DNA from: a virus
Virus record (IMG/VR): IMGVR_UViG_3300023174_000050
Coordinates: 64,001 to 128,000 of that record
Length of the DNA stretch: 64,000 nucleotides
Direction: 5' to 3' (one strand)
Shown here one piece after another: positions 54,863 through 63,919 of the stretch (its first letter is position 1; each line of letters opens with the position of its first letter). The translations under genes were made by a program, and so were the position numbers. Under the pieces are notes generated by a model. It saw only the letters and a list, made by a program, of their open reading frames with translations, searched no databases and was not told the origin of the DNA.

Positions 54863-56043
54863 TGGGTAAATTATATTATATGGGTTTAGAGCCCTATGAA
54901 GGTAGATACACACTACAGTTGCAGCAATGGAACGAGGCAGCATTTAAGCGTCGTGGTATTGATTATGAAATTATTCATGGTGATACTTTAGATGATACTA
55001 AAGCTATTGTTACAGGACAAGTTCTTGATGCACATGGTCGCAGTTATTATTCTTTAACACAGATGGCGAATCTTGTTAAGAAAATGAAGGCAGGAGAAAT
55101 TACTTGGGAGGATAAAATTTTCTTTGAAGATATGTTTACTCCCGGTATTGAGGCATTGCCATATATTATGGATCAGGTTGAATGGCAATATAAACCTCAG
55201 GTATATGTTAGATGCCTTGCACAATCTATTGATCCCGACGATTTTCTCCATGTACATGGAATGAATAGATGGATGTCTTTATATGAGAAGATGACTATTG
55301 AGTTTGCAACTGTTCTTGCTTCCAATGAAGAAATGGTTGCCCATATGAAAATAGCAGGATGGGAAGTTCCAATTTATAATATTTCAGGATTGGCATTTGA
55401 CAAAAATGAAGTTCAAAGTCGTGTTGCAGAAATTAAACCATTCATTAATCGTAAAAAGCGAGTGGTGTTTGCTGCAAGATTTGATCAAGAAAAACAACCC
55501 GGTTTCTTTATGGATTTGGTAGAAGAATATGGTCAAGAACATAGAGATGTGGAATTTGCTGTTTTATCGGGTGGACCTTTACGTAGCAATGCGGAGCATT
55601 ATTTGGAAAGAGCAAGAGAATTAGAAAAGACTGCTAATTTTAAAATATACGAAAATCTTAAAAAGAATGAATACTATGAATTGCTTGCCGATTCTAGAGT
55701 ATTATTTAATTGTGCTTTGCAGGATTGGGTAAGTAATACAGCATCGGAAGCAGATTCACTGGGTACAAATTGTTTATATCCTGCGTATCGTTCTTTCCCC
55801 GAGACATTTGCTAATGATAATGAATGTTTATATATTCCTTGGTCTATGGAAGATGCTAAAGAAAAATTAGATAAACTATTAGTTACTCCTAGAAAAAATA
55901 TGGGTAAGTTATCAGACTGGACATCTGGTACTATTGATAGATGTCTAGATATTATGTTTCCGGATGCAGAGTTTGATTTAAGCTATCAGTGGTATAGAGG
56001 TGCAAATGATTATAGAAACTACACAAAAGAATCCAAATACTAA
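54862..56043 (+). CDS. GT-B glycosyltransferase
   Basis: VVFAARFDQEKQP, YYELLADSRVLFNCALQDWVSNTASEA..LYPAYRSFPE: C-terminal sugar-nucleotide-binding Rossmann domain. Confidence 0.75.
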   Translation: MGKLYYMGLEPYEGRYTLQLQQWNEAAFKRRGIDYEIIHGDTLDDTKAIVTGQVLDAHGRSYYSLTQMANLVKKMKAGEITWEDKIFFEDMFTPGIEALPYIMDQVEWQYKPQVYVRCLAQSIDPDDFLHVHGMNRWMSLYEKMTIEFATVLASNEEMVAHMKIAGWEVPIYNISGLAFDKNEVQSRVAEIKPFINRKKRVVFAARFDQEKQPGFFMDLVEEYGQEHRDVEFAVLSGGPLRSNAEHYLERARELEKTANFKIYENLKKNEYYELLADSRVLFNCALQDWVSNTASEADSLGTNCLYPAYRSFPETFANDNECLYIPWSMEDAKEKLDKLLVTPRKNMGKLSDWTSGTIDRCLDIMFPDAEFDLSYQWYRGANDYRNYTKESKY

Positions 56044-57046
56044 AGTTATCGTAACAGGTGCCGCCGGTTATATCGGTGGCGCTATTTGTATCGAACTTAA
56101 AAAACAGGGTTATACTGTTATTGGAGTTGATCGAAGAAAGCTACCAAAGCATCTTGAAAAGTATGTAGATACTTTTGTCAATGAATGTTTTACTCACCCG
56201 TTTTCCTTAGAACATCTTGAGAGTAATCCCATTGCAGTTATACATTGCGCAGGAACAAGTTTAGTTGGTCCAAGTATAGAAAATCCTTCGGAATATTATG
56301 ATAACAATGTAGCTAAAACTCTAAAGTATTTAGATTATATTCGTCGTTGGTCATCTATTACCAAATTTATTTTTAGTAGTAGCGCATCTGTTTATGGATC
56401 ACCTGATACCGCAGTTATATTTGAAGGAACAAGAACAGAACCCATTTCTCCATATGGTGAATCTAAATTAATGACAGAGAAAATGTTACATTGGTTTGAA
56501 AAGGCATATGGATTAAATTATGTGTCGTTTAGATACTTCAATGCCTGTGGTGCAGTTGAAGGTGGGCTACATGGACAAGAACCAGGGGCAACGCATATCC
56601 TTGCTAGATTATTTGAAGCTGCAATGTCAAAAGAAGATTTTACTCTGAATGGTGTAAATTTTCCTACACCTGATGGAACGTGTGTCAGAGATTATATTCA
56701 TGTTACTGATATTGCCAAAGCACATATCTTGGCTATTGAGGAAAATATCAAAGGGATATATAATATAGGATCAATAAAAGGTTATTCTAATTTAGAAATT
56801 TTTACGAAGGTTGAAAATTATCTAATAGATGAAGAGTTATTACATGATGGTATTATAATGCATGTCGAAAAAGCACGCGAAGGTGATCCCGCAATGTTAG
56901 TTGCAAATTCTGATAGATTACAAAAAGAATCTTCGTGGAAACCTGAAAGAAATATTGATACAATTATAGATGATCTACATGCATGGTATCTTTCGCCTGC
57001 ATATGAGAAACTACAAAAGAGGTCTCCGGCATTCACCCCTCTCTAA
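56000..57046 (+). CDS. NAD-dependent NDP-sugar epimerase (GalE-like)
   Basis: VTGAAGYIG, FSSSASVYG, YGESK (YxxxK), RYFNACGA, DGTCVRDYIHVTD, REGDP. Exact start uncertain. Confidence 0.9.
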   Translation: MQMIIETTQKNPNTKVIVTGAAGYIGGAICIELKKQGYTVIGVDRRKLPKHLEKYVDTFVNECFTHPFSLEHLESNPIAVIHCAGTSLVGPSIENPSEYYDNNVAKTLKYLDYIRRWSSITKFIFSSSASVYGSPDTAVIFEGTRTEPISPYGESKLMTEKMLHWFEKAYGLNYVSFRYFNACGAVEGGLHGQEPGATHILARLFEAAMSKEDFTLNGVNFPTPDGTCVRDYIHVTDIAKAHILAIEENIKGIYNIGSIKGYSNLEIFTKVENYLIDEELLHDGIIMHVEKAREGDPAMLVANSDRLQKESSWKPERNIDTIIDDLHAWYLSPAYEKLQKRSPAFTPL

Positions 57047-57060
57047 ATATTCTGCATGTC
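57018..57060 (+). promoter_or_regulatory. Candidate preQ1-I-like riboswitch pseudoknot upstream of queD
   Basis: P1 AGAGG/CCUCU enclosing the loop UCUCCGGCAUUCACC; loop GGCAU can pair with downstream AUGUC; AAGGAGG RBS 13 nt further on. Confidence 0.4.
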
Positions 57061-57086
57061 ATCAAACTTACTCAAGGAGGCAAGAG

Positions 57087-57563
57087 ATGACAAAATTTAT
57101 CTCAACAAAAACTTATAAACAAATAGGACCCGTAGCATATAGACAATGGAGAGCAGATAGTCACTGCAATCTAATTCATGGTTATGCTTTATCTTTTCAT
57201 TTCGAATTCGAATGTGATACTTTAGATGCTCGCAACTGGTGTATGGACTTTGGAGGATTAAAAGATCTAAAACATAATCTAGAAGATTGGTTCGACCATA
57301 CATTACTTGTAGCAGAAGATGATCCTAAACGTGAAGAATTACTACACTTAGGTAAAATTGGTCTTGCTAAAATTACAGAAGTTGAAAAGACAGGATGTGA
57401 AGGCATTGCAGATTTTTTATATGAATATGTAAATACAATTTATTTACCAATGTATGGTAAAACAGAAGCTGAAAGAATCTGGTGCTGCAAGGTTGAAGTA
57501 CGAGAAACAGATTCTAATATGGCAATGCGCGTAGGTCACAGGGAAGATAATGAATTCCAATGA
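57087..57563 (+). CDS. queD: 6-carboxy-5,6,7,8-tetrahydropterin synthase
   Basis: HCNLIHGY, W.MDFGGLK, FDHTLLV, EGIA, VEVRET; AAGGAGG RBS before ATG 57087. Confidence 0.92.
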   Translation: MTKFISTKTYKQIGPVAYRQWRADSHCNLIHGYALSFHFEFECDTLDARNWCMDFGGLKDLKHNLEDWFDHTLLVAEDDPKREELLHLGKIGLAKITEVEKTGCEGIADFLYEYVNTIYLPMYGKTEAERIWCCKVEVRETDSNMAMRVGHREDNEFQ

Positions 57564-58038
57564 TAAATCTAATTTACTAAAAGGTCGCAATAGTGTCGAT
57601 GCTAATCTTAGCGGAACCGTTGTTGCATTTTTTAATCGTAATATAAGTGAATATCCTACAGAACAGGGTGCATTTTTTGCACCCGTTGTTGTAGAAAAAG
57701 AAAAAGATATTTCACTCAATATTGCTAAACAACACGCCAAGCAAGAATATGATAGAATCATGGAAATGGTTCGTGTTCTAGAAGAACAGGCAAAACAATT
57801 AGTTAGTAGATTAGACGCAACTGAAGTAGTCCATAAAACAACTTTTTCCTTTACTCCTGTGCACGGCAGGGTATATCATATTTACCACAATGACCACAAT
57901 CAAACAAATCAAATGAGTTTAATTGGTCCGACCGAATGGTGTGCCGGTCCAGGAGAACATTTAAAATTTGTAGTATCTGTTCGTAAAAAAGGTGATTCAA
58001 CTTGGGAATATATAGATGAAGATAGCGTTAGTAACTGA
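57550..58038 (+). CDS. Hypothetical protein, DUF2452-like
   Basis: YPTEQGA..A..EYDRI..L..QA..L..R..VH...F.FTPV.G..YH.Y..SLIGPTEW..DSTW pattern, recognised from memory. Confidence 0.5.
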   Translation: MNSNDKSNLLKGRNSVDANLSGTVVAFFNRNISEYPTEQGAFFAPVVVEKEKDISLNIAKQHAKQEYDRIMEMVRVLEEQAKQLVSRLDATEVVHKTTFSFTPVHGRVYHIYHNDHNQTNQMSLIGPTEWCAGPGEHLKFVVSVRKKGDSTWEYIDEDSVSN

Positions 58039-59080
58039 CACCCACTTTGGGGCAAGGTCGGATTCTTTACAATTTGATTTATATTTTAAAAAATTTTATA
58101 ATGATATATTTTTCCCCGAATTAGATAAACGGGGAATTAAAGATGTAATACATTTGGGTGATTGTTTTGATCGCAGAAAATATATCAATTTTAATTCTTT
58201 AAAATCTTGCAAAGAATATTTCTTTGAACAATTAAATGTTCGCGGAATTCATATGGACATGATTGTTGGCAATCATGATACATTCTATAAAAATACAAAT
58301 GATGTAAATTCTCCAGAATTATTGCTAGGGGAATATCCCAACTTAACCACATATGATAAAGCTGAAATTGTTAGTTATGACGGATTAAAGATTTTATTAA
58401 TGCCATGGATATGCGCTGATAATTGGGAGCACTCATCTAAACTAATACAAAGCAATATATCAGAAGTTTGCTTTGGGCATTTAGAACTTGCGGGTTTTGT
58501 GATGTTCAAAGGTCAAGATACCCATATAGATCATTCTGGGTTAGATCCTACAATCTTTAAAAATTATAAACTAGTATGCTCAGGACATTTTCATCATAAA
58601 CATGGCAAAGGTAATGTAGAATATTTAGGCAATCCATATCAATTATTCTGGAATGATTTTGAGGATGATCGAGGATTTCATATATTTGATACTAATACAT
58701 TGCAGTTGGAGTTTATAAAAAATCCTTATACTATATTTGAAAAATATTATTACGATGATGAAAAAGAAGATCCATTAACAGTTGATCCTTCTAGATTCAA
58801 TTCAAAACTAATCAAAATTATTGTAGTAAATAAAAAGGACTTTTATAAATTCGACAAATTTATAGAGGCAATTTACAAGGAAAATCCTATTGAAGTAAAA
58901 ATCATTGAGGACTTTTCCGAATTTGAAACTGAGGCATTAGATGAAACTATTGACTTAGAAGATACTATGACATTATTATCAAACTATGTCGATGGTATAG
59001 AAACTGATGCGGATAAAGAAAGACTAAAGAGTATATTAAAAACTCTTTATGTCGAAGCACAACACTATGAGGAAGTATGA
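58016..59080 (+). CDS. gp47: Recombination endonuclease subunit (Mre11/SbcD-like)
   Basis: TDTHFGAR, HLGDCFDRRK, VGNHD, GHLEL, SGHFHH, YLGNPYQ..W.D. Confidence 0.96.
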   Translation: MKIALVTDTHFGARSDSLQFDLYFKKFYNDIFFPELDKRGIKDVIHLGDCFDRRKYINFNSLKSCKEYFFEQLNVRGIHMDMIVGNHDTFYKNTNDVNSPELLLGEYPNLTTYDKAEIVSYDGLKILLMPWICADNWEHSSKLIQSNISEVCFGHLELAGFVMFKGQDTHIDHSGLDPTIFKNYKLVCSGHFHHKHGKGNVEYLGNPYQLFWNDFEDDRGFHIFDTNTLQLEFIKNPYTIFEKYYYDDEKEDPLTVDPSRFNSKLIKIIVVNKKDFYKFDKFIEAIYKENPIEVKIIEDFSEFETEALDETIDLEDTMTLLSNYVDGIETDADKERLKSILKTLYVEAQHYEEV

Positions 59081-60795
59081 TAAGATTTACGAATGTTAGA
59101 TGGAAAAATTTCTTATCCACTGGTGCGCAATTCACAGAAGTAAAATTAGATAAAACAACTACTACACTTATCGTAGGTGAAAATGGTGCAGGTAAAAGTA
59201 CCATTCTTGATGCTATTTGTTTTTGTTTATTCAATAAACCTTTTAGGAATATTAATAAACCTCAGTTGATGAATAGTATCAATGGTAAAAATTTACAGGT
59301 GGAATTAGAGTTTTCCATTGGACCAAAGGATTATAAAATTGTTCGAGGCATTAAGCCTGGTATATTTGAAATCTATGTAAACGGCTCGTTATTAAATCAA
59401 GATGCTGCATCAAAAGATTACCAAAAATATCTTGAGGATGCTATTCTAAAATTAAACTATAAATCATTTACTCAGATTGTTATTCTTGGCAGTGCATCTT
59501 TTACACCGTTTATGCAGTTGCCGTTAAGTCACAGAAGAGAAATTATTGAAGACATTTTAGATATCCAAATTTTTACTGTGATGAATTCTGTTCTTAAAGA
59601 TAAAAATATTGAAATCAAAACTAAAATAACAGACATTGATACTAAAATTGAACTTGGCAAAAACAAAGTTAAATTGCAACAGCAATACATTACAACATTA
59701 GAGAATGACAAACAAAGGAAGGTAGAGGATGTCCAAAAGCGAATACTTGAATCGACTGAAGAAATATCACAGCTTACATTGTTGGTCGACGCTGAAAAAG
59801 AATCGGAAGGAAATCTTAAATCCTCGATACAAGACTCCCCTGAGAAACGTAACCGATATACGGAAATGGGAACTTTACTTAGAAAACTTACCGAGCGAAT
59901 TAAGACACAGGAAAGCAGTATTCAATTTTACCACGAACATGACCTTTGTCCGACATGCAACCAAGATTTGGATGCAAATCTCAAACACTCAGCAATCTCA
60001 CTTCATACACATAAACTCGAGGAAGTACAAGCAGCAATACAAGCCCTTACCGTTCAACTTAATGATACCGAAACTAGACTTAATGAGATTGCTGATATCG
60101 AATCGAAAATCTCTGAACATCAGGGCAATATCATACAACTCAATTCAAGAATCATTGCCGGGCAAAGTTACATTCATAAACTCCAGAGCGAATTGGCAAG
60201 AGACACTACAGATACAACAAACCTGGAAGATGAAAAGAGGAAGCTCAAAACTCTGGCAAAAGAAGTCGTCGCGCATGCAGATGATAAAACGAAGCTTAAT
60301 GAAGATAAACATTACCTCGATATCGCATCCGTACTTCTTAAGGACACCGGCATTAAGACTAAGATCATCCGTCAGTATCTGCCCGTAATTAATAAACTTG
60401 TAAACAAGTATTTACAGGCAATGGATTTCTTTTGTCACTTTGAATTGGATGAAACATTTAATGAATCAATTAAATCTAGACATCGAGATGAATTCTCATA
60501 CGCATCATTTAGTGAGGGTGAGAAACAACGTATTGATTTAGCATTGTTATTTACATGGAGAACAATTGCCAAGATGAAGAATTGTGCTAGCACAAATCTC
60601 TTGTTACTTGATGAGGTTTTTGATTCTTCTTTAGATGCTAACGGTACAGATTACGTGATGAACTTAATAAATACGTTAGGCGAAGAGACTAATGTATTTG
60701 TTATTAGTCACAAGGGAGATCTTCTTTTTGATAAATTTAGAAGTATTATAAAATTTGAGAAGTATCAAAACTTTTCTAGAATACAAGGAAATTGA
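59077..60795 (+). CDS. gp46: Recombination endonuclease ATPase subunit (Rad50/SbcC-like)
   Basis: GENGAGKST (Walker A), CPTC zinc hook, FSEGEKQRIDLALL signature, LLLLDEVFDSSLD. Confidence 0.97.
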   Translation: MIRFTNVRWKNFLSTGAQFTEVKLDKTTTTLIVGENGAGKSTILDAICFCLFNKPFRNINKPQLMNSINGKNLQVELEFSIGPKDYKIVRGIKPGIFEIYVNGSLLNQDAASKDYQKYLEDAILKLNYKSFTQIVILGSASFTPFMQLPLSHRREIIEDILDIQIFTVMNSVLKDKNIEIKTKITDIDTKIELGKNKVKLQQQYITTLENDKQRKVEDVQKRILESTEEISQLTLLVDAEKESEGNLKSSIQDSPEKRNRYTEMGTLLRKLTERIKTQESSIQFYHEHDLCPTCNQDLDANLKHSAISLHTHKLEEVQAAIQALTVQLNDTETRLNEIADIESKISEHQGNIIQLNSRIIAGQSYIHKLQSELARDTTDTTNLEDEKRKLKTLAKEVVAHADDKTKLNEDKHYLDIASVLLKDTGIKTKIIRQYLPVINKLVNKYLQAMDFFCHFELDETFNESIKSRHRDEFSYASFSEGEKQRIDLALLFTWRTIAKMKNCASTNLLLLDEVFDSSLDANGTDYVMNLINTLGEETNVFVISHKGDLLFDKFRSIIKFEKYQNFSRIQGN

Positions 60796-60796
60796 A

Positions 60797-61390
60797 ATGG
60801 CAAATGAATGGCAATTACAGACGCACCAAGTTAACGCATATTGTTATTACTCGGGCATATTTGACGATGATATGATTAATAGCATTGTAGAACTTGGGGA
60901 CAAACTGGAAAAAGGGCCTGCTCTTGTTGGCGGGGATTTTGAGAAAGCTGGCGGTACAAATGAAAAAATTCGAAAAACAGAAATTGGCTGGATTCCTACC
61001 ACCGAAGAAAACGCTTGGCTATTTAGAAAATTGACAGACGTTATTCTTCAAGCAAATACGCAATGGTTTGGATTTGATCTTAATCATATAGAAAATTTGC
61101 AATACTCAGTATATAACAAGGGCGACTTCTATGAAAAGCATGTTGACCATCACTTTCAAGGTGCAGGTCAATATCCTAGAAAATTAAGTTTTACCTTACA
61201 ATTAACAGATCCTGCAGAATATAAGGGCGGGGAAACAATGCTAATTACTGCACAGGACCCTTTTGCTATTCCTAAAGAAAAGGGAACTTTAACATTCTTT
61301 CCATCTTATACTTTACACGAAGTTAAACCTATTACAAAAGGAACTCGTAAAGCATTAGTAGGATGGATACATGGACCAAGGTGGAAATAA
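60797..61390 (+). CDS. 2OG-Fe(II) oxygenase (prolyl-4-hydroxylase-like)
   Basis: LQYSVY..G.FY..HVD (HxD), RKLSFTLQL..Y.GGE, FFPSYTLHEV.P...R.ALVGW. Start placed at ATG 60797. Confidence 0.88.
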   Translation: MANEWQLQTHQVNAYCYYSGIFDDDMINSIVELGDKLEKGPALVGGDFEKAGGTNEKIRKTEIGWIPTTEENAWLFRKLTDVILQANTQWFGFDLNHIENLQYSVYNKGDFYEKHVDHHFQGAGQYPRKLSFTLQLTDPAEYKGGETMLITAQDPFAIPKEKGTLTFFPSYTLHEVKPITKGTRKALVGWIHGPRWK

Positions 61391-61391
61391 A

Positions 61392-61667
61392 ATGGCAACC
61401 AAAATACCATTAGAGTATTTGGACTTAAGTAATGATTTTGGATTTACAGCAGTACATGAAAATGATGTTTTAGATCCTGTCATTACTGAAGTTTCAGCAA
61501 AAGCAGATACCGAAATCAAACAGAAATTATCTTCTATTGAAAAATTGGTTTTGCCTCTTTTGGTTAACTTAATGAAGAACCCGGAAAAAGACTACATACA
61601 TTGGCCAAATAGAGTTCCGTTGATTGAAAAACAAATTGAAAAGATACTTGCAATCACCCGTAGTTAA
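61392..61667 (+). CDS. Hypothetical protein
   Basis: DFGFTAV..L.PLL.NL.KNP.K.YI.WPNR; start placed at ATG 61392. Confidence 0.55.
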   Translation: MATKIPLEYLDLSNDFGFTAVHENDVLDPVITEVSAKADTEIKQKLSSIEKLVLPLLVNLMKNPEKDYIHWPNRVPLIEKQIEKILAITRS

Positions 61668-61682
61668 TGGCTAAACTGGGGC

Positions 61683-61711
61683 TTGACTTCTGATCCTAAA
61701 GGTGTTATAAT
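61683..61711 (+). promoter_or_regulatory. Sigma70-type early promoter
   Basis: TTGACT, 17 nt, TATAAT with extended -10 (AAGGTGTTATAAT). Confidence 0.85.
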
Positions 61712-61734
61712 AATGAAAACCGAAGGAGAAAAGA

Positions 61735-63864
61735 ATGTTAGCTCAATCCAAATCTATTCTAGCAAAGCTTCTCGCAACTGAGAACATCACAGTCGAGCAT
61801 CGCAAGATCTCGACTGCGTACTTTGATACTGCGAATCGAGTTATGGCACTTCCTATTTGGAAGGATATGTCATCCGAATTATATGACCTTCTACTAGGTC
61901 ATGAAACAGGGCATGCGCTGTTCACACCAAATGAAGGCTGGCATGACAACCTTAAAGACAAAACACAAAAAGGCTTCAAAACATTTTTGAACGTAATTGA
62001 AGACGTTCGAATTGAAAAACGTATACAAGAAAAATATCCCGGATTAAAAATTAGTTTTAAAAAGGGCTATTCTGAACTAATGGCCAAAGACTTCTTTGGT
62101 GTTGTAAAGCACGAACTTGCGATTCCAACGCTTCCTTTAATTGATAGAATCAATCTTCACTATAAAGTTGGATCATATCTAAATATTCAGTTTAATTGTG
62201 AAGAACAATATTATATTGATCAAATTGATGCAATCAAAACTTGGGAAGATGTTGTTCATATTTCCAAAGAATTATATCAATATGCAAAAGATGACGCAAG
62301 CAAATTAGCAGATATGGGCGATCTAATGGTGCGTACTGGATCTTCGGATGGACATAACGATGAAGACTTCGATGACTTCGATGACTTTGAAGAAATAGAT
62401 GTTGAAGATCCTGAATCTATCACTGATAGAAACTTTAGAGAGCGTGAACATGAATTAGTAGATGATTCTGTTAAACCGTACATATATGTAAATTGCCCTA
62501 CTCCTAATTTGAGTAAGATAATTGTACCATATAAGAACATTAAAAAGTTTTACAACCAATTCAATCAACGTCATTTCACTGAAATGACACATGACGAATT
62601 TGATGCAGTAGTGCTGGAATCCAAAACAAAACTATTTAATAAATTTAATAATACGAATAAAAAATATATTTCTTATTTGATTAAAGAATTTGAAATGCGT
62701 CGTAATGCAAGGCAATTTGCAAGAACATCTGTATCTAAAACTGGCGAATTAGATATGAAGAAAATTCATCAGTATAAATTAAATGATGATTTGTTCAAAC
62801 GTATGGCGGTTGTGCCTAAAGGTAAATCGCATGGTTTAGTTATGTTCATAGATTATTCCGGATCAATGACAGACAATATTAAAGCAACAATTGAACAGAC
62901 TTTGGTTCTTGCAACATTCTGCAGAAAGGTAAATGTTCCTTTTAGGGTATATGCTTTTACTAATTCATCTTTATCCATTGAAGATGAGATTAAGGAATTT
63001 GGTCACATAGTAAGAAAAGACTTTACTAATTTCGAGGATTATACTCAATCCTTTAAGTTTTCCCAAAATAATAATGAACTAAGTTTTAGGGGAAATAGTT
63101 TTAGATTGCGAGAATATTTGTCTAGTGAAATGTCGAGTTTGGATTTTAAAGAAGCAACAAAATATTGGTTGCTTGTAGGCGAACTTTTTAGCGGCAAATC
63201 CTGGAGAAATAATACTACTAGCGATATACATCCCGAAATCCTAGTTTCGGGATTTGAGGATTTGTCTGGTACACCCCTAAATGAAGCAATTATTTCATCT
63301 ATGGAAATTGTCAAAGAATTTAGAAAACAATATAAATTAGATGTTGTTAATACTGTATTCTTAACAGATGGCGATAGTGACGAAAATAGATATGTGAATG
63401 GGGGAACAAATATTCCAAATCCTAAGTATCAATCGTTTAATTTGATTATTCGAGATACTAAGACAATGAATGAAGGTAAAGCGTTACCGGGAACTGAGAT
63501 GACGGTTGCCTTATTAGAATTGCTAAGAGCAAACACTGGCGTAAATGTACTTGGATTTTTTATTAGCGCAGGTAACCATAAAAGAAACATTCTAGCTCGG
63601 TTAAATAAAACTGGAAAAGTAATTAGTAATATAGATGAAAGTTTGAAAAACTTTAGAAAAGAAAAATTCTTTATGATAAACGATGTTGGATATGATGATT
63701 TTTATATTATACCTGGCGGAGAAGACTTATCCATTGAGGATGAAGAAATGAAGGTGGAATCTGGAGCATCAACTGCGAATTTGAAAAAGGCCTTTATGAA
63801 TATGCAAAAAGGCAAGAGTGTGAATCGAGTTCTTTTGAACAGATTTGTAGGAAAAATTGCTTGA
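61735..63864 (+). CDS. Metallopeptidase-like plus vWA (CobT-like) protein
   Basis: HETGH (HExxH) and NVIEDVRIE near the N-terminus; DYSGSM, GTPLNE and FLTDGDS (MIDAS) in the C-terminal half. Confidence 0.8.
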   Translation: MLAQSKSILAKLLATENITVEHRKISTAYFDTANRVMALPIWKDMSSELYDLLLGHETGHALFTPNEGWHDNLKDKTQKGFKTFLNVIEDVRIEKRIQEKYPGLKISFKKGYSELMAKDFFGVVKHELAIPTLPLIDRINLHYKVGSYLNIQFNCEEQYYIDQIDAIKTWEDVVHISKELYQYAKDDASKLADMGDLMVRTGSSDGHNDEDFDDFDDFEEIDVEDPESITDRNFREREHELVDDSVKPYIYVNCPTPNLSKIIVPYKNIKKFYNQFNQRHFTEMTHDEFDAVVLESKTKLFNKFNNTNKKYISYLIKEFEMRRNARQFARTSVSKTGELDMKKIHQYKLNDDLFKRMAVVPKGKSHGLVMFIDYSGSMTDNIKATIEQTLVLATFCRKVNVPFRVYAFTNSSLSIEDEIKEFGHIVRKDFTNFEDYTQSFKFSQNNNELSFRGNSFRLREYLSSEMSSLDFKEATKYWLLVGELFSGKSWRNNTTSDIHPEILVSGFEDLSGTPLNEAIISSMEIVKEFRKQYKLDVVNTVFLTDGDSDENRYVNGGTNIPNPKYQSFNLIIRDTKTMNEGKALPGTEMTVALLELLRANTGVNVLGFFISAGNHKRNILARLNKTGKVISNIDESLKNFRKEKFFMINDVGYDDFYIIPGGEDLSIEDEEMKVESGASTANLKKAFMNMQKGKSVNRVLLNRFVGKIA

Positions 63865-63889
63865 CAGGAATTCAAAAAGGTGTTATAAT
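63861..63889 (+). promoter_or_regulatory. Sigma70-type early promoter
   Basis: TTGACA, 17 nt, TATAAT; shares AAGGTGTTATAAT with the promoter at 61683. Confidence 0.85.
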
Positions 63890-63919
63890 TAATTATGAAT
63901 TTTGAACAGGAGTTATATT

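Noticed and set aside
33333-61391. Longest-ORF starts in the track for gp16 (33333), uvsW (46887), queD (56970), the oxygenase (60755) and ORF 61371
   Set aside because: Downstream ATGs (33369, 46917, 57087, 60797, 61392) fit RBS position, gene overlaps and family N-termini better.
62361-62390. Short tandem repeat GACTTCGAT in the vWA gene, and a similar one near 4201-4220
   Set aside because: Only two to three copies encoding low-complexity linkers (DFDDFDDF; VQRVQR); no sign of phase variation.
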